Source: Eledone cirrhosa
Taxonomy: Eukaryota
Assembly: GCA_964016885.1 (NCBI GenBank)
Contig: OZ024744.1
Location: 36,766,001-36,830,000, forward strand
Reading direction: 5' to 3'
Length of the DNA: 64,000 bases
Within the stretch, counting starts at the first letter, position 1; every line of letters begins with the position of its first letter. The notes under the pieces are model-generated. The model searched no databases and was not told the origin of the DNA. It saw nothing but the letters and a program-made list of their open reading frames with translations. Shown here in pieces: positions 39,669 through 53,130 of this stretch. The translations under genes were made by a program, and so were the position numbers.

Positions 39669-40044
39669 TTCATTTGTCAGTGTTGAACAAAAGGGCAACG
39701 ATGGTTGCCGAACACTGTACGGCTTAACTCGGGCTGTTTGTTTACAAACAAACCGAGCATAATAATAAATGTTCGGTAAACGCATACGAACATATATATA
39801 TGTGTGCATGTATGTATATATATATAGATACTACTGTACGTTTGTATACATATATGTATGTACGTATACATATATTTAAGTATCAGCCGTACTTTTCCAT
39901 TTATATATATAACACATTATTATATATATATATATTTATATATATATAATTCATAATTTAAACAGACATGATGTTGTGGAGGGACAAGGGAAAATTACGG
40001 TCAATTCTTTTTCTTAAAAGAAAAAATGTCTCAAGTCAGTCTCG

Positions 40045-40296
40045 AGCCCAGAGTCTCACCCGACTGATGCTTATCTCGGTTTTCGTGGCGTTAAGCGACT
40101 GAAAGTACAGGATGCCAGTGCATCGCAAGGTCAAACCGACAGCTATTGCTACTACTCAATTCCAGCTGAGTATAGTGGAGCAATGTGAAACGAAGTGTTC
40201 TGCTCAAGAGTACAACAAACAACCTTGTCCAGTAATCGAACCGATGTCATTATGATCGATAGTTCAACACCCTTATCAATAGGCAATGTGCTTTCA
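40045..40296 (-). mobile_element. tRNA-derived SINE, family B
   Basis: cagctgagtatagtggagcaatgtgaaacgaagtgttctgctcaagag core; B-box-like GGTTCGATTAC on the minus strand. Confidence 0.55.
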
Positions 40297-40649
40297 CTTT
40301 CTCGATAGAGATCAATATGATTTTAACTAATTAAAGTTATTATCATTCTTTCCAGTGCACACAAGTAGAAACACAGACACACAGACACACACCGACACAC
40401 AGCCACCAACACACACACACACACGCACACACACACACACACATAAACACACACACCACACACAAGAAAAACAAAATATGATAGAGCGATATTTTTTTAC
40501 CAAATTCACAGATAAAAGCGAAGAGGTGTACATAAAACGCGGGAAGCTTCTAACTGAAAAACACACACATAATCACGTACACACTTAGATACACACATAT
40601 ATATGTGTGTGTGTGTGTATTTATCTGTCCCTTTTAATGCATGTGTGTG

Positions 40650-40656
40650 TTCATGC

Positions 40657-40689
<33 letters not shown>

Positions 40690-40896
40690 TACATATATAT
40701 ATGTATATATATACATATATATATGTATATATATATATATATATACATATATGTATATATATATATACATATATATATGTATACATGTATATATATACAT
40801 ATAAGTATACATGTATATATATACATACATATTTATGTCTACATACATATATATATATATATGTGTGTATATATATATATATATACGTATGTATAC

Positions 40897-40963
<67 letters not shown>

Positions 40964-41023
40964 GACATAAATATGTATGTATATATATATATATATATAT
41001 ACATACATACATACATATCTATA

Positions 41024-41100
<77 letters not shown>
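40650..41100. repeat. (TA)n/(TACA)n degenerate microsatellite
   Basis: Direct observation. Confidence 0.95.
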
Positions 41101-41102
<2 letters not shown>

Positions 41103-41524
41103 GTGTGTGTGTATGTGTGTGTGTTATGCAAATGTATAGTTGAGCAAGCGACCAATACTTGGAAAGTGGTAATTACAAAGCAATTAGGTGTCTATATCTA
41201 ATGTGAAATCTAGCGAATATCATTGATAGTATATTATTACTTGTCAGTATGTTTTAATTGCTCTCCGAAACAGTGAGAGTGAACGCCTTCTGTTGTGGCA
41301 TGGAATAGAGTAGAGTAGAGCGAGAGAGACACAGAGTGGTAGGTGTTGGAGTCGGACGGAAGATAGACTGAAGTGGTGTTAAGTAGAGAAATCAATACAC
41401 TTTTACCATTACACATGCCTGTCAATATACAGAGGGTTTCTTTTGTGATTATTACTTTTCAGAAACGGACTATAGCAGTGTCTAGTATAGCCGCTAGTGA
41501 TGGAAAATATAACTATATAGAACT

Positions 41525-41535
41525 ATATATATAGG

Positions 41536-41633
<98 letters not shown>

Positions 41634-41681
41634 CACACACATACACACACATATATATATGTATATATCTAAATATGTATG

Positions 41682-41726
<45 letters not shown>

Positions 41727-41730
41727 ATAC

Positions 41731-41810
<80 letters not shown>

Positions 41811-41850
41811 GTATATATGTATACATATATGTATAAGTATATATATATAT
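41525..41850. repeat. (TA)n degenerate microsatellite
   Basis: Direct observation. Confidence 0.95.
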
Positions 41851-42064
41851 ACACAATACAAGGAAATAAACAAGCAAATATACCCACATATATCCCTGAA
41901 TTTGAGTAGTGCCAACCTTAACCGTTGTTGCTCTAGGAAAAATAGGGACAAAATAATCTGAAAGGATTAGATGGATTCAATATCAGAGCTATATAATATA
42001 TTATAAAGAAAGAAGAAACATTAGATATAAATAAAAAGATATAATATACCTAAATTCCTTCATT

Positions 42065-42158
42065 GTCCTCGACTACGTAGTTTCGTGGCTATTATGCAAA
42101 AACATTACATCATAGATATGCAGTATTTTTGTGAGGTTTGTCGACTTATCAAGAGGAT
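42065..42158 (-). ncRNA. Type I HHR, U3-A8 variant (left arm, stem II mismatch)
   Basis: Reverse complement reads AUCCUC UUGAUAA GUCG...CCAC GAAA CUACGUAG UC GAGGAC. Confidence 0.65.
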
Positions 42159-42499
42159 ACCTCATTTAGAGTTTCAAAACACGTCCGTAGGACGCGATAT
42201 GGAATCCCGAAGGGCGGTGGGGGAACTTATCACGTGATACAGCGGTCAAGAAACAGAGCTAAACCACTGAAGTATAGTGACTGCTGTTAAGCTTACCATA
42301 CTCACACTTCTCGCTCTCCTAGTCAACTCTTCTACGGCCTTGACATAAATACCCCCTCCACCTTTTGTGGTATTTTTCTCTTGGTTGTAAGAGGTTTAGC
42401 TCTGTTTCTTGAAGGCTGTATCACGTGATAAGTTCCCCCACCGCCTTTCGGGATTCTATCGCGCGTCCTACGGACGTGTTTTGCAACTCTAAATGAGGT

Positions 42500-42594
42500 A
42501 TCCTCTTGATAAGTCGGCAAACCTCACAAAAATACTGCATCTCTATGATGTAATGTTTTTTGCATAATAGCGACGAAACTACGTAGTCGAGGAT
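42500..42594 (+). ncRNA. Type I HHR, U3-A8 variant (right arm, all stems intact)
   Basis: Stem I AUCCUC/GAGGAU, core UUGAUAA, stem II GUCG/CGAC, GAAA, palindromic stem III CUACGUAG, GUC triplet. Confidence 0.82.
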
Positions 42595-42671
42595 TATGAA
42601 TGAATTTAGGTATATTATATATTTTTATTTATATCTAATGTTTCTTCTTTCTTTATAATCTATATATATAT

Positions 42672-45600
42672 AATGTCACCTACTCTCAATGATGTCAATT
42701 ACTATCAATGAAAAACCACTGCTTTCTTCCCTCACATCACCACCACAGTCATGCTGTAGTCAAAAGAGCTTTAAAAATATCTATGGAGCTGTATGCACCC
42801 CCACTTCACAAACTAGAAACCCCAGAATATACCGCTACTCACTACGTCAGAGGCTACGCACACGTAGTGATTGCATATTTACCCATTTACTAGACGCTCT
42901 AACACTGCCAGCCAACACCAAAGCATGCTGCTCACACACATAAGTCGGAGTCCCAAAATCTGCCGATATTCACAACATGAGAGACTATGTCTGCTGACTG
43001 ACTGTCCCTTCACTCATCTACCTGGGCACAACGCACGAACAGAAAAGGGGCTCCATGCCAACACACAAACCACAATACAGCCACCCCCTGCTGCAGTAAT
43101 TCTGCTCCAGTCTTCTCACAAAGACACGATTACAATAAAAACAACAACAAAAGTAATGCTGCTCCAGTGTTTTCACAAAGACACAAATACAACAACAACA
43201 ACAACAACAACAACAAAAGAGGGAACTGCAACCCTATCCAATGGTGTAACCACAAATCCAATCAAAATCTTCTCCCTGAACAAGAACATTTTTCTTTTTT
43301 AAACCATGAACCTGGCAAAAGAGATATAGAAAAATATTTTAGCCATCACCCAACATCATCTTGCTGTCACTAATACACAATCTCAAAACAAGCCCCTTGC
43401 TACAGTCACAACCAGCCACCACACTAGCCTCCAGATATTTACTCAATACACAAGGTATCAGCCCATCCATCAATGTACAGAAATGAAAGATTCAATTCAT
43501 TGAGGATTGGGTTGGTAACCATCCATTTCACATCTTCTTAATTCTTACTGAGACCCACCTTGACAACTCTCACTTGGAGGTCGAAGTAAGAGTGAGGAAT
43601 TTCACAACCATCCGCACGGATCGTGCTGGCAGAAGGAAGGGTGAAACTCCCATTTTCCTGCATGATTCCTTTACAGCAGATGGTAAGACAACATTCTCCA
43701 ATGGCTACTGTGAATCAGTCACTGTGCACAACAAAGCCAATGATCTGATGTTAGTTGGACTCTATAGGCCACCTCAAACACCCATAATCTGCTTCAAAGA
43801 ATGCTTTAAATGCATTAAATGCTTTATTCAACAGTGCCATTCTAGTAACATACTTTTGATGGGAGACTTTAATCTACCCTGTGTCGATTGGTCTACAAGC
43901 AGTTTGAAACCAGACACTCCAACCTCAGCCACTGACAAAGAAGCAGTCGAGTCACTTCTTGACTTCATGAATGAGTTTTTCTTGTCTCAACTTGTCCTTG
44001 CACCAACAAGGCATAAGAAGAACATTCTGGATCTAGTGTTTAGTAACCACACTAACACTAAACATAATAATACAGTGGAAAAAACCCTTCTCTCAGACCA
44101 TGACATGGTTCTTTGTAACCTGAGATTCTACCAGCCGAAAGCTAATCCTAGGGACCTCTTTCCAGCCCTCCCATTCGATACTACAATGCCAACTGGGATG
44201 CAATTATGAACGAACTATCACATGTTGACAGGTCTTTTACACACGCACACATTTCCACCAACATCAAAACATCTTGGCAGATCTTTGTAGACACTGTGAC
44301 AAATATATGTACAAAACACACCCCACCAAAACATGTGAACCAAACTAAGTGCAGTATCCCCCAAAACAGAAAAAAAATTATCAGAAAAATAAAAAGAATA
44401 AACAAAAAAATTAACACACTAAAATACTGCCAACAGCAACACAAACATTCGACGGCTATCACCCTGCTTGAATCAAAAAGATATAAACTCCAACAATGCA
44501 TGAAGACCATCATCAATAACCAGAGAACAAGTGAAGAAATGTGGGCCATTGAGAAAGCAAACTCAACCCCAAAAGTGTTCTTCTCATTCGCTAAAAAACA
44601 CAAGGTCACTGTCTCCACTGTTGGCCCTCTAGTTGATGAAAATACCACACACCAAGATAATGCCAAAACCATGGGCGAGATACTGCAGAAACAATACTCT
44701 GTTTTCAGCAATCCTGATATGGCCGATCTGGGCTGTATAAGTGATGTTAATCCCCAGCACACTATATCAGACATAACGTTTGGCGCCCTTGATGTCTTAA
44801 CGGCAATAAACGAAATTAAACACAATTCAGCAATAGGCCCCAACAGGTTCCCTGCTTGTGTCCTGAAGGTGTGTCGACACCAACTTGCATCTCCTCTTGC
44901 TAATCTGTGGAGGAACTCACTGGACACTGGCTATATTCCTGAAAACTTTCTGTCCAAATCCGTTTTCCCAGTCTTCAAAAAGGCAAATAAGTCCTTTGCA
45001 GTGAACTACCGTCCGATCTCACTCACCTCTCATATTATCAAGGTATTTGAGAGGGTGTTGAGATCACCAATAACTCACTTTCTTGAAAGCAACGGCCTGC
45101 TGAACTCCAACCAACATGGGTTCTGTAATAGAAGGGACTTCCTAACGCAGCTCCTGCATCATTTTGACGATGTTTCAGAGCCTTGGGAGAGGGCTCTAAC
45201 ACTGATGTCATCTACCCTGATTTCAGCAAGGCCTTCGACAGGGTTGATCATAAGATTCTACTGAAAAAACTATCCAATATTGGTGTCTCTGGAAAGTTAC
45301 TACAGTGGATCAAATATTTCCTGACAGACAGATCCCAACATGTTGTAGTCGAAGGAGTAAAATCAAGCCCTGCCAAAGTCAGTAGTGGCGTCCTGCAAGG
45401 CACTGTGTTGGGCCCACTTCTTTTCATCATCTACATTAATGACATTACTGACATCACCAACGCAGCAATATAAGAATTTTCGCAGATGATTCCAAGCTCC
45501 AAAGGGTCATCAATGAGGTGGGTGACCGGACTTGTCTTCAGTCAGACCTACTGGCTGTTATCCAATGGGCAGAAAAGAATAATAAGCTGCTGAATGAGAA

Positions 45601-46440
45601 TAAGTTTGAATTAATTCACTTTGGAAAAAAGGATGCCCTGAAACTACCATACTCTCTTCCTTCGGGTGAAAAACTTATGGCATCCAACAACAGCAGAGAC
45701 CTGGGGGTAATTGTGGACAACAACATAAGCTGGGCCACTCATATAAACTGAAAAGGTGACGTGGCCCGCAGAGTGTGTTCCTGGATTCTCAGAACCTTCC
45801 AGTCGAGAGATACACACACTGTTATCCTTCTCTTCTCCCCTTTTGCCTGACCCTACCTTGAATACTGTTGCCCACTATAGTCTCCCCATACGAAACAAAG
45901 TATCATGAAAGTTGAAGCACCCCAAATATCGATTACAAAAAGGATAGACGGCGTGACTATTAGGGTCGATTAGAAAAGCTCAAACTTTATTCTCTCCAAC
46001 GTCGCCGTGAGCGCTACATTATCTGTATGATGTGGAAATATTCCATCAGCTTTGCCCAAATAATGTTGTCATCACCTTTACTGTACACCCAAGGCTTGGG
46101 CCCCGTGCTATCCGCCCACGATAAAAATTTCAATCGCATCACATAACAACAATACGGCATAATTAGTTCACCTGAATTGGCCCTGCACTCTTTAACATTA
46201 CACCAAAACACATCAAAGCAGAGACAGACCCCATCAAGTTCAAGAAGTCTTTGGAAAGATTCCTTCAAGAAATCCCGGATAAGCCTCCTACACCCGGATA
46301 TGCATCCGTAAACAATAACTCTCTGCTCGAGTGGGCCATTGTGCCCAAACGCTTATTTGTAAGAATTTGCAAGGTGGTGCTATTAAGTTAGACATGGCCT
46401 GGGGTTATACTGGCCGAAACCTATCAATGTTATCAAAGTC
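42672..46440 (+). mobile_element. CR1-group LINE, near full length, degenerate
   Basis: ORF1 remnant with a Cys/His finger (KICRYS...C....C.F.H), APE plus RT ORF2, 3' stem-loop GGCC...GGCC followed by tatcaa repeats. Confidence 0.85.
43430..46290 (+). pseudogene. LINE ORF2: apurinic-like endonuclease plus reverse transcriptase
   Basis: LTETHL, RTDR..RKG, LYRPP, MGDFNLP, PTR..NILDLVF, SDH; NYRPISLTS..KVFER, QHGF, DFSKAFDRVDH, SGV.QGTVLGPLLF, FADD. Confidence 0.92.
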
Positions 46441-46586
46441 AAATTTATATATAAAACTAACCTCTTCTGGGCAGAATCCATCCAGTTCATAACTATACTC
46501 GAGTTGATAATCCTATTTAGATGAAGCGTGTATTCAAAGTATGCTTTGGTAGTTGTGAAAATTAACTATCTCTATCACACTCCCCC

Positions 46587-46620
<34 letters not shown>

Positions 46621-47166
46621 GGTGGCTGCCAACTCGTTTTCGAGTATGGCCACTACTTTATATCCATGTAGGAGAACCCCTACCGATGCGCTGAACGAGT
46701 GTGACTTTTTAGTCCAGCCAGCGACTTGAAAACTCTGGTACAAACACTACACTTGTGACAATTATTGACACTTAGTGCTGGGCCCATGGTATCATGTGAC
46801 GACAAATGCAGGGAGATCTCCAGATATAAAGCAATGCCTGTGCCGTGAAGCTTTTATAGTGAGCAAAGGCACTGCACAAAGCCAGTCCCACTCTCTTAAC
46901 CAAGATGATATTTACCAAAAAGAAGAACACGTCAACATCATTGGATACCATCAGAGTTGCAGGTGTTATATCAGAGTTTTCCTTCTCCTAGAATTCTGCC
47001 TTGACAAAGGCTAAGGGGTCATCTCTCCCATATACATACATATATACATACATACATACATATATGCATACATATATGCATACATACATACATACATACA
47101 CATATACATACATATATACATACATATATACATACATATACATATACATACATACATATATATACA

Positions 47167-47211
<45 letters not shown>

Positions 47212-47260
47212 AGTCATTCTTTTCCTTTTTCAAATATATATGATATGTTTATATATATAT

Positions 47261-47506
47261 ATAATATGGAAAACGAAGAATCAGTAATGCATCGGAACAA
47301 AATTTATTGCGTATTACAATTGCTTCTCCGGCGAACAGCTGGAGGTGCGATCTGTTTGTGGATCGTAGGTATCTGAGGAACTTGCGAATCCAGAGTCAGG
47401 TTCGCACCCCGAGCTGTTTGCCGGAGAAACAATTGTAATACGTAATAAATTGTGTTCCGATAAATTGTGTTCCGATGCATCACTGATTCTTCGTTTTCCA
47501 TATTAT
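47261..47506. mobile_element. MITE-like foldback with TIRs of about 90 bp
   Basis: ataatatggaaaacgaagaatcagt...cagct versus agctg...actgattcttcgttttccatattat; small tandem duplication in the right arm; left end abuts (TA)n. Confidence 0.8.
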
Positions 47507-47779
47507 CATACTCTGTTCCGAAGGAGCATAGAGTGCTCAACCGGCATACCGCCTATGGACGCATCCAAGCAACCTTACTACAAATATGTATATATACAGA
47601 GAGACAGAGAGAGGGAGTGAGAGAGAGGGTGTGTGTATTTGTGTGAAAGAGAGAAAGAAATGTCATTTAATTTTTTTAATACATAAGTTATTACATTCAT
47701 ATATTTGTTTATAAGTGGTATCGTGACTGACAGGTTTACAATCAGTCGGCCGTGATGTGTAGATGACATGATGTTATTC

Positions 47780-48583
47780 AACTCGACAGAAGGTAATCTT
47801 TAACTTGTACTTGATAGGTTTGATGCCTAGTGTTGCATGACTGGAATGAAAATCAGTGCTGTGAAAATTGAGACACTCGTCATCTCAAGAAAGCCTACAT
47901 GAGAATCGAGTTTTACTGAAGCAGGTAGAGAAGTTCAAGTATCTCGGGGCCGTGTTCACGATTGATGGAAAACAAGAGGCTGAATTAAGTACAAGAATTG
48001 CAAAAGCTGGTGCAATAATGTGCCAGCTTCAGTATTCAGTAATCAGAAGAAGGGAGTAGGAGTAAAAACCAAACGCGCTGTCTTCAATTCGGCTTTCGTG
48101 CCAGCCTTTACCTATGGTCATTAAACTGGGAAATAACCGAAAGAATACGACCGCGGACACAATCGGTGGAAATGGGATACCTCCGAGGGTCTTTGGAGTA
48201 CGTCACTCAATAAAGTGCGTAACTTGGTGACCAGAGAGTCACTCCAGGTGGAGCCGCTACTTCTCCGAATTGAGAGATCACAGCTCTGATATTATGGATA
48301 TGTGACTAGAATGTATCAGGAAAGAATCGCTGAACAGATTTTACGGGCAACACGAACCGGCAGGAGACCCAGGGGTAGACCCAGAGCAAGATGGTTGGAT
48401 AACATCCATGAGGTAGTGGTGATCCAACCGTATCATTTGGAGACGGTAGCTTCTGACCGGACCCGCTGGGGGGTGTTTTTGAGGACTCTGCCCCCACGAT
48501 CCTTCCAGGTCAGGATTAAGTGGGCGAAGAAGAAGAAGAAGAAGAAGAAGAAGAAGAAGAAGAAGAAGAAGAAGAAGAAGAAG

Positions 48584-48612
<29 letters not shown>
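47780..48612 (+). mobile_element. RTE-clade LINE 3' portion with a (GAA)n tail
   Basis: QVEKFKYLG, RIAKA, LTYG, YYGYVTRM..ER, GRRPRGRPRARWLD, DR.RW; (GAA)n at 48526-48612. Confidence 0.85.
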
Positions 48613-48614
<2 letters not shown>

Positions 48615-48829
48615 TTATTTTGTTCTAAAAGGAATGCTGAGAGACAGAGAAAAGGCAAAACTATCTACTGTAACGTTGAATTTAAACAAAACATTTCTTG
48701 TTTAGGCTATAGAAAAATTTCCTTCTGGAAGCGTTTTTATCCCCCCCCCCCTCCCTGATACTAACGTTCTTTGAATATCTGAGCTTCCTTTCGAGGATCA
48801 TGTTGTAGTTTTTATACCAGGCCTGACGT

Positions 48830-49110
48830 CATGACTAGCCGATATCCAGAAGATCCTTTCAGTCGACTAGTACGATATGATTTACGCACACTGACATTTT
48901 CTGTCGAAACAAAACCATGCTATACAGGCATCAACTAGAAAGATTCGGACATTTTTTACTCCTGTTTCCTCCGCAGAGCTATCTACTATCAACTACACTA
49001 TGCTCATAATCTGGCTGACTGAAAGACAAAAGAAGCACTGCAAAAACCACTTTGAAGTGGAATAACAGATGTTTCAAGATGGATTACCTCTTCCCCAACC
49101 ATTCATTTTG
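48830..49110 (+). pseudogene. Probable Ty3/Gypsy integrase zinc-binding region fragment
   Basis: Frameshifted ...STRKIR.F / LRRAIYYQLH.AH...T...L....SGI.DVSRW resembles the H-x-H...WPG...DV..W..C region. Confidence 0.4.
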
Positions 49111-49507
49111 GCGGTTTCCCTACTGGAAGTAGATTGAAGGCATGGAAAAGAAACATACAAAACATTACCAAGAGAAACGAGAAAGAGGCATGCATACATA
49201 TTACTATTTGGCCTCTCTAATCAAACATGTACATGTCCTCTCTCTAATTGACCTTGTACATCAATGATTGTGATATTCAATGATCAAAGTATTCACAACT
49301 GACTTGATTATATATAAGCAATTAGATATAAACGTGAGTCTATCTGTGCAACTTTGCCTTTGTGTGTATCTACATGTGTGGCTTTTTTGTTTTTCTGTAT
49401 TTACTCTACTACATATAGTGAAATAAGTGTAATTAGAAGATATTGCTGAGTAAGTTTCCAACCTTTAATTATCGATTTCGTATTTCGTATCTCGTAATAT
49501 TTGACGA

Positions 49508-49716
49508 TTGGCAGAATTGGGAAAGCACCAGATAAATGTTAGTCTGTTATTTGTTCTGGTTATTTACATTCTGAGTTCAAATTCTGCCGGGGTCAAACTT
49601 TCCTTTCATCCTTACGGAGTTTATAAAATAAATACCAGTCAAGTCATGAAATAATTTGGACACTTTTACCATTCTGCCAAATTTCTTGGCCTTGTGTTTA
49701 AATTAGAAATCAATAT
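49508..49716 (+). mobile_element. Older, diverged SINE family A relative
   Basis: gattggcagaattgg A box, gagttcaaattc B box, cctttcatcc core, ggccttgtg tail. Confidence 0.7.
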
Positions 49717-50062
49717 TTCACTTAAATTCTCGGTTTGTTTGGACAAATCGAAATTAACACTGAGCTTTTAATCAGAACATTTACATTATACATTAAAATA
49801 GCACCTTTCCAAAATACAGAGGTTGCAGATACCACTAACGTTCTTATAAGATGTTGCATTATCTAAAATTTCACATGTGATATCAAATTTGTATGTTTAT
49901 ATTATGCAATCTCATATAATTACATGGTATGGAGATGGATCGCCAAGTCGAAGGTATAAATATATGTCGCTACATCTCTTATGTGAAAGGATTTCCTCTT
50001 GCTAATTGTATACATTATCAGTTAGGACGTTAATGAATTAAAACTTTTCAGGTATTAATTAT

Positions 50063-50400
50063 GCCAATTCTCCTATATGCCTCAGAAACCTGGACACTCA
50101 CCACACGCTTAATTGGCACATACGCCAACTCACTTAAAATAGTGAAGAATCTGAGCTGGTGATGGCATCCAACCACAGAAATAATCTACGGAAGTCTGTG
50201 TCAAATATTACTTAGACTGAAACAGAAACGTCTTCAATGTGCAGATGATTGTTTAAGGGCGGGCAGAGTAATTTCATCAATTTCTATATGGATGCCACTT
50301 AGACGCCTCCATTGTCGGGAAAATGACTTATCTCACGGGGTTAAGCAATCCGCCTTGAAAAACGGAGACAGCACTGCTGGATCGTATGGTGTTGAAAGGA
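50063..50400 (+). mobile_element. Degenerate RTE fragment
   Basis: PILLYASETWTLT...L.W..HPT...IYG.L...RL. Confidence 0.55.
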
Positions 50401-50577
50401 ATTGTCAAGAGTGTTTCGATCAATTATGATAATGACAAAATTACGCAGTATACGAAAGACCTTAGGAGATATTTATGATCAAAATGACACAGTGTACTAT
50501 TAGACATTTGAGGACGATCTAAACTAGCTGAAGACATAAGTGATTTTTTCTGTTAATATTTACCCAAAAATATGTTT

Positions 50578-50860
50578 TGGATTAGAGAACTAGTAGAGCG
50601 TCGGATAAAATGTTATTGCAGTGTTTGCTGTAGCTCTTTACATTCTGGGTTATAATCCCGTCACGGTCAACTTCGACTTTTATCGTTCCAGAATCGATGA
50701 AAAAAGAAATATTTGGTGCTTGTGCCTTAAATAAAAATCAATTTTTAACAAAGATAAATTGTTATTGTGGTATTTAGTCTGGCTCTTTATATTCTGTGTT
50801 CAAATCCAGTCAAGGTCACCTTTGCCTTTCATTCTTCCGGGGTTGAATAAATAAAATAAT
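50578..50860 (+). mobile_element. Two diverged SINE family A relatives
   Basis: B-box-like plus core motifs at about 50645-50700 and 50795-50850. Confidence 0.6.
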
Positions 50861-50864
50861 ATTC

Positions 50865-51248
50865 AGCCTTGCCTTTCTACTGAAATTTCAACCAACTTTA
50901 CTATATGGAAGTGAAACATGGACGCTTTTATCCAAACAACAAAAGCGCCTTGATGGCTCCTACACTCGCCTATTTCGATGCATTCAGAACATAGGTTGGC
51001 GACATCTGACTTTGAGAGAGATATATACCGGCCTCTCACGCATATCATCGTGCCACCTATGAAACTGTGTCCCCACTAGTGCTTTGGGAACCATAAGCAG
51101 TTACTAATAACAGGGTGCGCAAGTTCTCCTATACCAATATCATCTCCAGAGATCCTGGATTTGGCAACGGCAATGAACAACAGACCAACGTGGAGATCAA
51201 TTGTTGAGTCAATTTTGGCTGAATCCACCGGATGATGATGATGATGAC
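50865..51248 (+). mobile_element. RTE LINE 3' fragment with a (GAT)n tail
   Basis: PTLLYGSETWTL...KRLDGSYTRL.R, LVLWEP, L..AM..R..WR.IV, then gatgatgatgatga. Confidence 0.7.
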
Positions 51249-51594
51249 TAACATTTCTGGTCTTGGTCTTCAATTGTAAATCGATATTTAACAAAGCTTA
51301 TGAAATACTGAGTGTAATGGAATAATATGATTGATAAAATTACGATGTTAGGATATTTGTGAATTTGTTGAAAATATATAGATGAAAGGCTTACGAAAGT
51401 TTTGGCAATACAAGTACAAACAATTAATACAAAAATATGGTGATGCTTTTACAATAGTCTTTGCTGTACTCTTTACAATACTCTTACATTTTTTGCTTGG
51501 TAATATATTATTTGTTATATAATAAATACATTCCTTATACACAGCCATACACACACTCACGCACGCACACAATCACGCTTCTATATATATATGT

Positions 51595-51645
<51 letters not shown>

Positions 51646-53130
51646 CAATGAGCTGCAAACCATCTAACTACATGTTCTTACAACAGGTATTCTGAAATTG
51701 TAAATAAAACATCAGTAATACTTTTGAAATATTAATACACACTTAGAAATAATGAAATATGAGAAAATCATAAATACCCAGTGTTTCTATTTTTTTTTTA
51801 AATTCAATTTTTAAAAACACTTTATCTCCTTCGATACCAAACCACTCTTCTGGTTGTATGAAACATAATCAACCATTCTAAAGGATTCCTATTTAAATTT
51901 AAATATTTAAAAATCATTTTATATAAAAATGATTTATTAAGTTATGTTATAAAGGTAATTTTAATAATGAAATATTTAATAGTTTTAATTAATCACTCGA
52001 AATCTTTCATAAAAATCATACAAATACAGTCTATTTCATTAGAAATGTCGAAACGAAAGGGTTACAATAACAAGAGCAACAACCAGAAAACTATTTTTAT
52101 TGCATTAAATATTCTCCTAATATCTTTTAAGGTTTTCTTCGCAAACATCAGCATTGCTATCTATAGTCTAATAGCCGAGAGAACGAAATTTCTGGCTATT
52201 CTGGCCACTCTGGTCTTCGGAACTTGTTAGCGTTGTTTTTATATATTACACACGCGGCGGTACGGAATAGTTAAAATCCGGATTTTGCCTGTTCAACCGT
52301 ATGTGACTATCGTGCACTTTTCATAGAAAAGAAGAAATGATTATCTCCTCAAAGATCCTCTTATCTATATTACATTATACCTGCTATAGTGAATTGATTA
52401 GGTATCAATCATGATTTGATATATCGAAAAGTTTTCCGGAAGCTTAATGGCCTCTCGAACAAATTTATAATCATAAGGCATTACATGTGTTTAGTCATTA
52501 AACTAGTTCCTTTTCATCACTACAAATAATATTCATCAACACAAAGCTCTTTCTGATTCTACAGAATTTATTACAATTGTGTCCATAATCTAATTTACTT
52601 TTTCTACTGTGACTACTACTAGAAATTCTTTCAGTTGAATAAAATCACGAAAATCCTTGGAATCAATATCTAATTTTAGTATTTCATTTAATTCATTTAA
52701 CTTTTATAATTCATCTTTTCAACGGACTCTGATTCCTTAAAAGTTCCATGAAGCGTGGGCCAAAACTATTCAACAATTGTAGGTTTATTATTTACCAGAG
52801 CCTAAATTATCCCTTTTAAAAGTAATGTGTTGCTCACGAAATACTAGCATCCATAATTTCATCAATTTGCACTCGATTACCCTTTCACACGTGCCAGGCA
52901 TTTCAGTTTGTTTTCTTCCAGCTTTTTACGGTTGTAAGAGATAATGCATCTTTTCAGTAATTTTATTTCCATGCATAGTAAATGTATATATGTAAAGTAG
53001 AAACAGCAAAAGCGTTCAACGTTAAGACATGGGAGGACTTTGCGGTTAAAGTAGAATCCGATCAGCAAATAAAGTGTTCTGGCAGACAATCTGGTGACTT
53101 CGTAATGAGAAGCCCTCCCTCACACCTGCT

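Larger units (their letters stand above)
42000..42659. mobile_element. Non-coding foldback element: 266-bp inverted arms, each with an HHR
   Basis: 42000-42265 is inverted relative to 42393-42659, with a unique spacer of about 127 bp and TA-rich flanks. Confidence 0.85.

Noticed and set aside
46396-46425. GGCC...GGCC-GAAAC hairpin as a hammerhead
   Set aside because: No upstream CUGANGA; better explained as the LINE 3' recognition stem-loop.
51967-52230. 87-aa hydrophobic ORF as a host exon
   Set aside because: No recognisable motif in any frame and no splice evidence; AT-rich chance ORF.
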